64,000 bases of DNA, from the IMG/VR virus record IMGVR_UViG_3300008255_000125; one strand, written 5' to 3'. Below are positions 31,878 through 41,278 of this stretch, piece by piece; position 1 is the stretch's first letter, and every line of letters begins with the position of its first letter. The notes under the pieces are model-generated. The model saw only the letters and a program-made list of their open reading frames with translations. It made no database searches and was not told the origin of the DNA. The position numbers and the translations under genes are program-made. Source of the DNA: an uncultured virus (IMG/VR IMGVR_UViG_3300008255_000125) (lineage: Duplodnaviria > Heunggongvirae > Uroviricota > Caudoviricetes).

Positions 31878-32352
31878 TTGTATTTATATTCATATTTGAT
31901 TCAGGAGTTGTTGCCCCCATTTCTGGAGTAATTTGTTCAGCAGGAGCTTGTTCACTCTCTTCTGGAACAGTATCTCCTCCTTCTATTAAAGTTTTAAGTA
32001 TTGCTTCTACTTGTTTGAATATCTCTGGATTATTCTGTCTGATATTTTCAAGAAAAGCATTTACTTCTTCTACATTGCTTGGATCTACTCCAGCTTGTTT
32101 TAACATATCAAAAAACATAGCAAGAGCTCCACTATTATTTTGAGTGTTCTTATTTGAAAAATTCTGCTTACTAAAAGCTTCATATTTACTGTCTATCTTT
32201 GACATTAAATCTTGTAGATTGGCTTTCATTTGCTCTTGAGATAAACCACTGGCTTCTTCTGGAGAAGCTGGAACATCAGCTACAGGAGATGCTTGTGGCA
32301 TTTCTTGTGGTTGAGGCTGTTGTGGCGCTTGTTGATTGTTTGGATCTAACAT
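31852..32352 (-). CDS. Gln/Pro-rich hypothetical protein
   Basis: ORF track. Confidence 0.6.
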   Translation of the reverse strand: MLDPNNQQAPQQPQPQEMPQASPVADVPASPEEASGLSQEQMKANLQDLMSKIDSKYEAFSKQNFSNKNTQNNSGALAMFFDMLKQAGVDPSNVEEVNAFLENIRQNNPEIFKQVEAILKTLIEGGDTVPEESEQAPAEQITPEMGATTPESNMNINTNETPQQNI

Positions 32353-32513
32353 ATATTTAAAAAGTTATTTAATAATAATTCTATTATATCACAGTACATA
32401 GATGTAAAGGAGGGGGAAGTTTAAAAAGTGAGAGTGATTAACTCTCGAATCAAGGATTATCCATCCTTCATTCCCCCATTGGAAATAAAATTTCCCCTTC
32501 TGCACACCTAAGA

Positions 32514-32837
32514 TATATAAAGTTCTGGGGGCGGATTATGGTTTCCACCAAGAGGGTCACAGATTATTGGCTTTTATTTTTGCAGTGTTTGAGAGTATCC
32601 TACCTCGCATCCACAGCGACTTCCCACCTGTAAAGGGAACTTGTCGTAAATCAGCTTCACTTCTCCACCCAATTGCAATTGAGCAAAGATGCTACTGTTC
32701 CTGATTGGCTGACTCCACAGCCACTTCGTTGGTGTACATGTTGTAATTTTTCCCCTCTATCATCTAATCAAGCCCACTTGCTTCGATGTAGTTTATCCAC
32801 CACCAATGGATTATTCACTCACCCAGAACTTTATATA
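32514..32837 (-). ncRNA. candidate ~325-nt structured ncRNA
   Basis: Perfect 16-bp terminal inverted repeat TATATAAAGTTCTGGG/CCCAGAACTTTATATA, with a consensus promoter just upstream on the minus strand. Confidence 0.5.
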
Positions 32838-32847
32838 CCTTCCATCC

Positions 32848-32876
32848 ATTGTATCAAAAGAAAAACCATTTGTCAA
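32848..32876 (-). promoter_or_regulatory. sigma70-type promoter
   Basis: TTGACA-17 bp-TACAAT on the minus strand. Confidence 0.7.
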
Positions 32877-32975
32877 CTTGTTACATGACAAATGATTAAT
32901 TCTTTTTCAATATTATTTTAATGGCTACTAACTCTTAATTCTGTATTGTTGTTGTTTAGTGCCAGTATATCAATA

Positions 32976-33458
32976 TTAAGTTTTAGGAAGAAACTTCTTG
33001 TAAGCTCCTGATGTATAGCTAACCCAAGCTCTTAACCCTTGTGTCTTATAAATTCTTTCTACGGCTTCCATATTGCCTTCAAGAGTTAATAATTTACTAG
33101 GACAAACTTGACCTCTAACATTAATCTGAGCTATTCCACAATCCACTGACCAAGCTAGATGTCTATCTTCTTTTTTACAAGATTTAGAGTATCTCTTTCC
33201 TGTTTCAGGGTTAGTGTAAAAACAATTCCAGTTCTTCGCTTCTAAATTTAAACTACTTTCGTGTGTCAGAACAGCTGATGCTACAACGGCGTTTTCGCCG
33301 AAGATTCGCTCAATATGCTGTTCAAACGTCAGTGGTACTTCGACTTCTGTCTCCATAACTGGCGCGACTATTACTTGGTCCTCTGCAATTAGCCTTTGTG
33401 GTAAAACCAACAGGGAAACTATTACTAAAGTTCCAATTAAAATGTTTTTTATTAACAT
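32976..33458 (-). CDS. lysozyme-like/lytic transglycosylase with N-terminal signal or TM segment
   Basis: HESS catalytic Glu, DCGIAQIN, AWVSY motifs. Confidence 0.75.
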   Translation of the reverse strand: MLIKNILIGTLVIVSLLVLPQRLIAEDQVIVAPVMETEVEVPLTFEQHIERIFGENAVVASAVLTHESSLNLEAKNWNCFYTNPETGKRYSKSCKKEDRHLAWSVDCGIAQINVRGQVCPSKLLTLEGNMEAVERIYKTQGLRAWVSYTSGAYKKFLPKT

Positions 33459-33482
33459 AGTAGCCCTTCAGTGGGCAACTCT

Positions 33483-33722
33483 TTATTTAATAGGCATTGC
33501 ACCTACGAAATCTCCCTTACTTGTAGTTAAGAAAGAAGTTATAAGTGAACCTACTCCACCTAATGCAGCTAACCCAAAAACGTTAGTTAATGAATGTAGA
33601 TCAATAGAGAACAAGTCCCCAACTTGAAGAACATAAGCTATTGCTGCACCTATTCCCATAACTATAGCTATTGCTACAGCATTTAATAGGCTTTTTGCAT
33701 CTAATGCGAATATATTTGACAT
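33483..33722 (-). CDS. holin
   Basis: Two TM helices, located between two lytic enzymes. Likely start MSNIFALD at 33722. Confidence 0.6.
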   Translation of the reverse strand: MSNIFALDAKSLLNAVAIAIVMGIGAAIAYVLQVGDLFSIDLHSLTNVFGLAALGGVGSLITSFLTTSKGDFVGAMPIK

Positions 33723-33847
33723 AATTTTATTGTTAAATAATAATGCCTCATGTAAGGAACTATCAATCCCAAGTTCAAGAGGTATGTAATCAATGATAGC
33801 ATATCTGAAATTTTTAGCAAGCTTTTTATGCAAGTTTAATTGCATAA

Positions 33848-34828
33848 TTACTTGTTCAATTCCGCCCTAGTTAATGGTCCAACAATTCCATCAGCTACTA
33901 AATTATGTTGTGATTGCCATACTTGAACTGCCTTTTTAGTGATAGGTCCAAAGACTCCATCCAAAGGAAGAGCGTTAACTCTTTTTTGTAGTTCTTTTAC
34001 TTCATTACCCCTACTTCCTTGTCTCATTGTTAGTGTAAACTTGTAAGTATTAATTGGTTTAGGGAAGTTATATACCATTGTCCAAGTAGACCATATGAAT
34101 GGACTCTTTACATAGTCTTCAGTTATCCATTGCCATCCATTTTCTCCAACTGAATCACCCCATGAATTTATAAACCCAATATATTTTTTACCATTTATCA
34201 TTTTAGCTTTACCTACGTAAACCCAATGATTCCAACAAGAACTATCTACACTTGTTGGTGGGAGTGGAAACTTTGATGTCCATGTTCCATTATTCTTTCC
34301 AGTTATACCAATTATACATCCCTTATTGTTTGCCATAGCCTGAGCTATAGATTCAATATTTGAATAAACATTTGCGTAAGATAATCCTTTATCTAACAAA
34401 GCATCAATAAATGCTTCTTTGGTAATATCAGCCTTTCTTTGCATAAATTCTTCTCCTGGTGGTAAACCATTATCGTAAGATGGAGTTTTATCTTCATCTC
34501 CCCATCCTTTGTCTATAACTAAATCACAATTTGTTCTTCCTGCACTTCCTGCTGGTTTTACAAATGTTTGAGAATAAACGAACTTAGCTGACTTCTCTTC
34601 ATTATCTGGATCAAGTATTTCTCCATAATAACTCCAAGCTTGTCCACCACAAGAACCAGAACCATTCTGGTCTTTTACTTTTAATTTTTTACCTATAACT
34701 TCTTCAATATCAAAACCCTTTTCCCAATCGAATGGTGGTAATGACATTCCAACATCTGCGTATTGATAATCTCTTATATCAATAGTATCTTTTATTGCAC
34801 CTGTTCCCCCTATTTTTTCTTCTGTCAT
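33848..34828 (-). CDS. papain-like (C1) cysteine peptidase with C-terminal peptidoglycan-binding domain; putative endolysin
   Basis: QNGSGSCGGQA (Gln/Cys), NHWV (His), NSWG (Asn); DGVFGPIT...ADGIVGPLT PG_binding_1 repeat. Confidence 0.85.
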   Translation of the reverse strand: MTEEKIGGTGAIKDTIDIRDYQYADVGMSLPPFDWEKGFDIEEVIGKKLKVKDQNGSGSCGGQAWSYYGEILDPDNEEKSAKFVYSQTFVKPAGSAGRTNCDLVIDKGWGDEDKTPSYDNGLPPGEEFMQRKADITKEAFIDALLDKGLSYANVYSNIESIAQAMANNKGCIIGITGKNNGTWTSKFPLPPTSVDSSCWNHWVYVGKAKMINGKKYIGFINSWGDSVGENGWQWITEDYVKSPFIWSTWTMVYNFPKPINTYKFTLTMRQGSRGNEVKELQKRVNALPLDGVFGPITKKAVQVWQSQHNLVADGIVGPLTRAELNK

Positions 34829-34852
34829 ATTATTAATTCTTATTTATAATTA

Positions 34853-37800
34853 CTACTTTGCCGACGTTTTAGTAGCATCTAATGTGTAAGCTGGTATCCC
34901 AGTTCTACCCAATAGCGATCTTAATGTTTTTCTTACTGTATCCTCTTTCGTTCCAGCTCCAATTGAACTTCTTCCTTGTGTGGCATTAGCTAAGTTTCTT
35001 GCTCCATATGATGGCAACCAATCTACAGCCTCTGGTGACATATCTAGTAATCCATTAGCTAGACCTAAATAAGCAAGAGATCCTGGTACAACTGTTTCTG
35101 CAACAGATCTTCCTGCATAAAAAGCCTTTGTTCCAAATTTTGCATCTATCTTCTTTCCAGTTTCATCATATGATGGATATAATGGTTGTCCAAACTGTCC
35201 TTGTGCAATATCTCCAGATCCTGATAGTAACCAAGGTTGTATAAAGTAATCTTTTATAACCTGTCCAACTGGATCTTGCATTACTGGGAACTTATCTGAA
35301 AGTTTCATAACCTGACTACCAAATGTATTTCCACTATAATTTCTTTGTGAAGGATTAAGCATGTTCATCTGATAATAAGGAACAAAGTTTTTAACATCTG
35401 TATTCCACATTCCAAACATCTTAACAACAGTTGGTGATTTCAAATATTGATTGTACTTTTCTTCTAGCGCAGCTTTCTCTTGTGGTGTTCTACCAACATT
35501 CATTTCGTTCAACATGAATCCAACCTTGTTAAAGTAACTTGGATTATTAATTGCAGTCTTTGCTGTTTTTATTGCCATAGCATAAGGGAATGACAAGAAT
35601 GGACTACCAACAATTGGAAGCGCTCTCATAACTCTAACGAAATCTGGCATAGCTGCGTAGTTCATGAATGCTTCTGTTGCAACCTCTGCTGCTTTTAATG
35701 GTGTTAGTCTATAGTATTTTTCTCCACCCTTAATGATTGGTTCAAGTATATCATCTTTTAACATCGGAGTTGTTCTACTTACAATAACAAGTTCTTTCTC
35801 TGTTAACCCAATCTTAGTTAGATAATCAGATGTTCCAATCTTAAAGGATTGGTCGATGTGCTCATACCATTTTGGCATACTATTAACCATCATATTTGCA
35901 GCCCTAATATCAGGACGATATGGATGTAATTCTGCTTGTTCTGCTAGATATTTTTTAAGTTTATCTAATGTATTATTAGGTCCAATTTCACCAGTTGTAT
36001 ATGAACCAAATTCTTCAGCTCTTCTTATTGGAGCTTCTTCGAGTGCCTTAGCAAGATTCTCTGATGGTGTTTCATATTTCTTAAGTCCAGCCGTTAGTTG
36101 TTTCTCATTTAATGCTGATTCTTTTCCAGTTTTAACAGCATCCTCTGCAACATTTCTAAAGTCAGAAAGTTTATCTCCTTGTATAAGACCTTCCTCTATT
36201 CTACCTAATGCTTCTTCAATAACTTTTTTAACTTCAGTTCTAGTTGATTGTTCATTTAAGACATTCATAATTTTTTCCTCTGTCTTAAGTTTACTTGCTA
36301 TTTCTTTTGGATCTAATCCTGTAAGCTGTCTAAATCTTGTTGGGTTATTATCAGCTAAATCAATAAGAGCATTTACATCATGGAAGAACATATCTTTAAA
36401 ACCTTGTGCTCCAAGTTTACCTTTTACAAGTAAACTCGCCTTAGTAATAGATTCAAGATATGCTGGCTTCCACATAGGAAGCCCCATCATAGACCCCATG
36501 AATAAGTTACCAATATTAGCAACAACATGAGAAGCTGCATTCATTGGAACCTTAGCTGCTTTGAACACAGATATAAGTCCTTGTTGAGCATTAAGAAGTC
36601 TTTCGAATGGTTTCATATCTCTTATTCTAGAATAAGAATTAACTGTTTTAACAAGTTCATCAGCTTCTTGTTTTACAACATCGTAAGCATTCCCTGTACC
36701 AAGATGGCCATGAAGAATATCATCAACTGTAGTTGTTTTTAACTTATCAATAACATCATCATACCAAGCTACACCTGTCTTACCCTTTTCTGTAACTTTA
36801 TATGCTTCTACTAAATGTTTAAGATTATAATCTTCACCAGCTGCATCAAGAAGGGCTTTTGCGTTATCAAGAGTATCAGCAACCTTTGCTTGTCCTATGT
36901 ATTCTGGCATCAATGTTCCATCAGCCTCACGTATAACCTGATCCATTGTCTCACCAATTTTATCTTTTAGTTTTATTGTTGCTCCTGGTTTTAAGAAATC
37001 ATCTATGTTCTGGAAATTAGAACCAGTTGCACTTCTTGTTAATATTGCTCCTTTGTTTTTAGCTAAGTTGATAACCTTATCTTGTAGATCTGCAATATCT
37101 GCAGATTTTTTAGTTGAGTATTTAAAGAAATCTACAATATCCTCACCCTTAGGTGTAGCTTTACCAAAGATTTTAACTGATGGAATTTTTTCTATTAATG
37201 TTTCTGTTAGATCGCTTAATCCTCCAGCCTTTGTTCCAATTATTGTTTTATTTATTCTATCTAAATAATTTTTTCCAGTAAGTGCATCAAATTTATCAGC
37301 ACCTTTTATTGCACTGGCTCCAACTTTATCTGCAAAGTTAGTATACTTAACTGCACCTTTTTTAATCAAATTACTTAATCCAGTTGATTTAACTCCTGTC
37401 TCTTCTACAACTGGAGCAAGTTTAGCAATCTTTCTAGCAAATGGCATTAAGTCTACAGCTGTTGATGCTGTCTTTTTCAAACCAGAAGTTAATCCAGTAA
37501 CACCACCTTCTATTGCTCCTCTTAATCCAGATTCACCTGCTTTCATTGCAACCTTAGCTCCTCTTACAACACCTGTACCAACTCTTGGAATCAAGGCAGC
37601 TGTTCCTGCTGTAACCCAGTTAATTGGGTCAAACATAACATCAAGTGCAAACCCTAATGGAATTTGAACACCTCTTGATACGTTATACTGTTTTAAAACA
37701 TCACCAGATGTTAATCCTGTTTCTACGGCCTTATTCATATTCCCTACTAGTGTACTTTCTGTTCCCTTCCCTAGTGCATACTGACCAGCTCCAACAACAG

Positions 37801-38077
37801 CATTAAGTGGTTTTTGCAATGCTTTTAATCCCCCCATAAACCACCCTTCATTACTACTTGTATCTTCAGTAGGCGCGTTATCTGATCCATACCATTGGTT
37901 TCTTATTTGAGTTCCTCTTAATTGTTCTATTTGTTTATTAATAGAAGCTAATTGCGAATCCTTACTTAAGTCTGTTTTTGACGGATCTGTATTTGGAGCA
38001 TATGCAGTCGAAGAAGAACTCAAATCTTTTTTGAGTGTATCGGCTCTGTTTTGTAAGGCTTCTATAGGTGTTGCCAT
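34853..38077 (-). CDS. large internal virion/DNA ejection protein (putative)
   Basis: 1074 aa, Ala/Gly/Lys-rich helical, DVMFDPINWV and FMNYAAM...PFLSFPY patterns. Confidence 0.55.
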   Translation of the reverse strand: MATPIEALQNRADTLKKDLSSSSTAYAPNTDPSKTDLSKDSQLASINKQIEQLRGTQIRNQWYGSDNAPTEDTSSNEGWFMGGLKALQKPLNAVVGAGQYALGKGTESTLVGNMNKAVETGLTSGDVLKQYNVSRGVQIPLGFALDVMFDPINWVTAGTAALIPRVGTGVVRGAKVAMKAGESGLRGAIEGGVTGLTSGLKKTASTAVDLMPFARKIAKLAPVVEETGVKSTGLSNLIKKGAVKYTNFADKVGASAIKGADKFDALTGKNYLDRINKTIIGTKAGGLSDLTETLIEKIPSVKIFGKATPKGEDIVDFFKYSTKKSADIADLQDKVINLAKNKGAILTRSATGSNFQNIDDFLKPGATIKLKDKIGETMDQVIREADGTLMPEYIGQAKVADTLDNAKALLDAAGEDYNLKHLVEAYKVTEKGKTGVAWYDDVIDKLKTTTVDDILHGHLGTGNAYDVVKQEADELVKTVNSYSRIRDMKPFERLLNAQQGLISVFKAAKVPMNAASHVVANIGNLFMGSMMGLPMWKPAYLESITKASLLVKGKLGAQGFKDMFFHDVNALIDLADNNPTRFRQLTGLDPKEIASKLKTEEKIMNVLNEQSTRTEVKKVIEEALGRIEEGLIQGDKLSDFRNVAEDAVKTGKESALNEKQLTAGLKKYETPSENLAKALEEAPIRRAEEFGSYTTGEIGPNNTLDKLKKYLAEQAELHPYRPDIRAANMMVNSMPKWYEHIDQSFKIGTSDYLTKIGLTEKELVIVSRTTPMLKDDILEPIIKGGEKYYRLTPLKAAEVATEAFMNYAAMPDFVRVMRALPIVGSPFLSFPYAMAIKTAKTAINNPSYFNKVGFMLNEMNVGRTPQEKAALEEKYNQYLKSPTVVKMFGMWNTDVKNFVPYYQMNMLNPSQRNYSGNTFGSQVMKLSDKFPVMQDPVGQVIKDYFIQPWLLSGSGDIAQGQFGQPLYPSYDETGKKIDAKFGTKAFYAGRSVAETVVPGSLAYLGLANGLLDMSPEAVDWLPSYGARNLANATQGRSSIGAGTKEDTVRKTLRSLLGRTGIPAYTLDATKTSAK

Positions 38078-38085
38078 ATCAAATA

Positions 38086-38397
38086 TTATAACATAGTACT
38101 CTCTTGTCCCAAAGCATAAAAGTACTTTTTAACCTTGTAATCAGGTTTAAATTTAACAGTTGGCTTTGCGGATATCTCTGTAATCCTACCAGTATTAACA
38201 TTAACCATTTTCCTTCCCTTATGTATTTTTAAATTAAACTCACCCCAGTCTGGAAGCTTTATAACTTGGTTGTCTCTTAACTCCCTAGACATGGTTCTAA
38301 CCATTCCGTAATAAATATCACGAACTGTTTGTAGGTCTGGTACACCAGAATGACCAGAGACTAACTTAAAAAATTGTTCTGGGTCTATACTTTTCAT
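38086..38397 (-). CDS. HU/IHF-like DNA-binding protein
   Basis: IKLPDWGEF...RKMVNVNTG..I.AK.TVKFKP. Confidence 0.85.
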   Translation of the reverse strand: MKSIDPEQFFKLVSGHSGVPDLQTVRDIYYGMVRTMSRELRDNQVIKLPDWGEFNLKIHKGRKMVNVNTGRITEISAKPTVKFKPDYKVKKYFYALGQESTML

Positions 38398-38648
38398 TAT
38401 TTTATATTATGTTCTCCAAGGTGTAATAACTCCTTAATTTTTTCTTCATCAAATCCTACTACTACATCTTCTCCTATTACAACAACAGGAACGCCCATTT
38501 GATTACTCTTCTCAATCATCTCTCTTCGTTTTGAAGCATCACTAGCTACATCGATAGCTGTGTAATCAACCTTAAACTTATCTAAAAATGTTTTTACCAA
38601 ATTACAGAAATGGCAAGTTGGTGTTGTATATATTGTTACTTTTTTCAT
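38397..38648 (-). CDS. glutaredoxin-like protein (NrdH/YruB type)
   Basis: YTTPTCHFC, GVPV, VGFD. Confidence 0.9.
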   Translation of the reverse strand: MKKVTIYTTPTCHFCNLVKTFLDKFKVDYTAIDVASDASKRREMIEKSNQMGVPVVVIGEDVVVGFDEEKIKELLHLGEHNIK

Positions 38649-38705
38649 ACTTATTTTTTTTATTAATTAATAATTTACTAAAATAGGAAGTCAAGAATCT
38701 AATAA

Positions 38706-39089
38706 TTATTCTACTCCGAGTACTTGCTCAATACTTACCTCCTCTGGATTTACCTCTTCTCCACATCCATTAGGATTTTCTTTATAAGCTTCTTCGGCCA
38801 TTTTACATATTTCATCTTGATTAAACGCTAAACCTGAAACAAACGTTAACTGCTTATCGAACACATCTCTAAGTAAATCTTTCATAGCTTTATTCTGTTT
38901 AGGTTCTACAATTGATGAATCTATGATCGTTAATGTTTTACCCATTATCTTTCTAAATAAATCCATAACTAAACTAAACGCAATTGCTTTCTCCCCGAAC
39001 TCTACTTCTAATTTACTGATATCTCGAACAGGGTAACTTACTAAATTACCTTGTTTCTCACAAACAATAATTTCTTTTATTTTTGACAT
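38706..39089 (-). CDS. hypothetical protein
   Basis: 127-aa ORF flanked by a 15-bp inverted repeat. Confidence 0.6.
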   Translation of the reverse strand: MSKIKEIIVCEKQGNLVSYPVRDISKLEVEFGEKAIAFSLVMDLFRKIMGKTLTIIDSSIVEPKQNKAMKDLLRDVFDKQLTFVSGLAFNQDEICKMAEEAYKENPNGCGEEVNPEEVSIEQVLGVE

Positions 39090-39127
39090 GACTTTGACTT
39101 GACTTGACTTCCTATTTCAAAAAACTA

Positions 39128-39512
39128 TGGTGGAGATGGGGGCATTGAAGCCCCGTGTACCATTCACATTCCACAACGTCTACGAGGAGTATTCCGATTC
39201 TTTTAGGTTGGTCTGGGAGGCACACGGACATGACTTAACCAGACTCCCCCTTACTTCGAGTCTTATACATATTCTGAGTGGGGAACGAATATATAATGCA
39301 ATATGGTTTTTTATTAAGTTCCTAGAACGCCCCATATTAGGAACTAGGAACTCCGTTTAAGCGAACGCTAGGCTCAATGAGTCTACTGTTGAAAAAAACG
39401 GGCTAAGAATTGAATTCTTTGCATTTAGTTTTCACCTACAAATCAAGAGTTAGTAGATATGCTCTTCCTCGCAGTTGTAAAAGAACGATTGGTATCGAAA
39501 CCTTTCATCCCC
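39128..39512 (-). ncRNA. ssrA: tmRNA
   Basis: 5' GGGGATGAAAGGTTTCGA, 3' CATCTCC-ACCA with a G3:U70 pair; tag ORF 39422-39357 AKNSILSPFFSTVDSLSLAFA*. Confidence 0.92.
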
Positions 39513-39520
39513 ATGCAACT

Positions 39521-39559
39521 AGTATATCACTTGACAAGTAAAATTGCAAGGAGTATACT
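39521..39559. promoter_or_regulatory. overlapping divergent sigma70 promoters
   Basis: Plus strand: TTGACA(39531)-17-TATACT. Minus strand: TTGCAA(39549)-17-TATACT driving the tmRNA. Confidence 0.75.
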
Positions 39560-39641
39560 CTATCTAGTGTTCTTTTACATTTCCGATTAAATATATGAAG
39601 CATGAAATCCTCGTAGAGGTATAAGTCTTCGTAATAAATAA

Positions 39642-40421
39642 ATGATTAAATCAAGTTTCGAATTTGAGATTCTCGTACACGGGAGCTCAGCAAAAGAATA
39701 TTATCACAAAGGTAAAAATTATATTGAAGGTAAAAAAGGATCACACTTTTCTTTAAGAATGAAAAACAATTCTGGAAGTAAAGCTCTTTTTATTCCGACA
39801 GTAGATGGACTATCTATTATAAGTGGTAAGGAAGGTTCGTTTAAGTCCCAGGGTTATATTGTTAACGCATATGATTCTGTAACTATTGATGGGTGGAGAA
39901 CATCAGATGATAAAGTTTCACAATTTTATTTTTCTACACCAGAAAAGAGTTATGCAACGAAAATTAAAAAGGGTGGTAACTTAGGAGTTATAGGGTGTGC
40001 GGTTTATAAAGAAAAGGAAAGAGTTCAAATAGTTGAAAAAATTATTAAAGAATATATTCCATATAATCCTCAACCATATCAATTCCCAAACAGTGGACCA
40101 TGGTATAGTTATACATGTGCAAGTCTTAATACTAGCCAGCCAGCAAGTATAATGAATTGTTCATCAGCCTTATCAGCATCAGCATGTGGAACATCTAGTG
40201 AAACCAGATCACCTCAAGCTTTAGGTACAGGTTTTGGAGAGGATAAATATTCTCCAGTGACCAAGGTTGATTTTGAAAGAGCTGATAATGTTGCGGAAGT
40301 ATTCTCTATATATTATAATACAAGAGAGAAGTTAGAAGAGATAGGTGTTGAATTTAGAAAACCAGTTTATGTAGCTCCATCAGCATTTCCAAATGAAGAT
40401 GGATACTGCGAAAGACCTTAA
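39642..40421 (+). CDS. conserved hypothetical protein
   Basis: VDGLSII.G...YIV...IDGWR...GVIGCAV...LGTGFG pattern of a widespread uncharacterised family. Confidence 0.7.
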   Translation: MIKSSFEFEILVHGSSAKEYYHKGKNYIEGKKGSHFSLRMKNNSGSKALFIPTVDGLSIISGKEGSFKSQGYIVNAYDSVTIDGWRTSDDKVSQFYFSTPEKSYATKIKKGGNLGVIGCAVYKEKERVQIVEKIIKEYIPYNPQPYQFPNSGPWYSYTCASLNTSQPASIMNCSSALSASACGTSSETRSPQALGTGFGEDKYSPVTKVDFERADNVAEVFSIYYNTREKLEEIGVEFRKPVYVAPSAFPNEDGYCERP

Positions 40422-40454
40422 CAATTAATTGATCGGAAATAGGAGAACACAAAT

Positions 40455-40533
40455 GCTTTGGATACTCAATGGGTGAGTAGCTGTCTGTAAAACAGTGCCT
40501 TCGGGAAAGTTGGTTCGATTCCAACCCACAGCA
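40455..40533 (+). tRNA. tRNA-Tyr(GTA)
   Basis: Cloverleaf, loop CTGTAAA, GGTTCGATTCC. Confidence 0.85.
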
Positions 40534-40773
40534 CAATGGCGGCTGAATGAAAACAATGGCCCTCGGCTCACTACCGACTAGGCAGCCAACAAGTTTCAGT
40601 CACAGTGTAACTATGCACTATAAAAGAAAAAAGTATAAGTTTAAGAAAAGTAAATTCCTAGATAAAGAACTTCTTTCATATGAATATGGGAGAGCTATAG
40701 CTAAGGAAGTTATAAGTAGAAAAGAGTTTAGAAAAGAATTATTAGAGAAGTCATTTGAATAAAAATAAATCAC

Positions 40774-40802
40774 TTGACAAGAGTTTAGGAATAGTATAAG
40801 AT
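40774..40802 (+). promoter_or_regulatory. sigma70 promoter upstream of the tRNA array
   Basis: TTGACA-17-TAAGAT. Confidence 0.65.
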
Positions 40803-41070
40803 AGTATCAGGACTCGAAATCCTATTATAAATTTAATGTAAAATTATGTTCAAAATAATAAAAAGCACAACCAAAGAACAAAGTATACTCGATACCCAGA
40901 AGGGCTCAGGCTTTTTAGGACGTAATATTACAGTGGGAGGAATGCATCCGATAAGTAACCAGGCCAAAAATTGTAATAGAACGTCCGAGATCTTTAAAAA
41001 CTTAATAGGTAGATATGTGTTTAAAATTGTAAGTACAGCTTAGAAACTCAAAAAGTTAATAGTTCAATTT

Positions 41071-41095
41071 TAAACATACGAAAGTATGTTTTTTT
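41071..41095 (+). terminator. terminator-like hairpin just before the first array tRNA
   Basis: AAACATAC-GAAA-GTATGTTTTTTT. Confidence 0.55.
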
Positions 41096-41100
41096 AATTT

Positions 41101-41171
41101 CGGGGTGTGTTGAAATGGTATCATCCGCGGTCTGGATCCGCGTGTCAAAGGTTCGAATCCTTTCGTCCCGA
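41101..41171 (+). tRNA. tRNA-Pro(TGG)
   Basis: CGCGG-TCTGGAT-CCGCG anticodon arm. Confidence 0.8.
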
Positions 41172-41202
41172 CTAGGTTCGTTGATAGTTTAATAGTTTTT
41201 AT

Positions 41203-41274
41203 TAGGAGATAGTGTAATGGTAACACGCCAAGCTTTGAACTTGGAGACTCTAGGTTCGACCCCTAGTCCCCTAG
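41203..41274 (+). tRNA. tRNA-Gln(TTG)
   Basis: CCAAG-CTTTGAA-CTTGG. Confidence 0.9.
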
Positions 41275-41278
41275 CAAT

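Noticed and set aside
32400..32850. RNase P RNA or group I intron
   Set aside because: The conserved signature sequences (e.g. GAGGAAAGUCC for RNase P) were not found on either strand by eye.
39127..39360. 77-aa plus-strand ORF
   Set aside because: It is antisense to the tmRNA and has no protein-like features.
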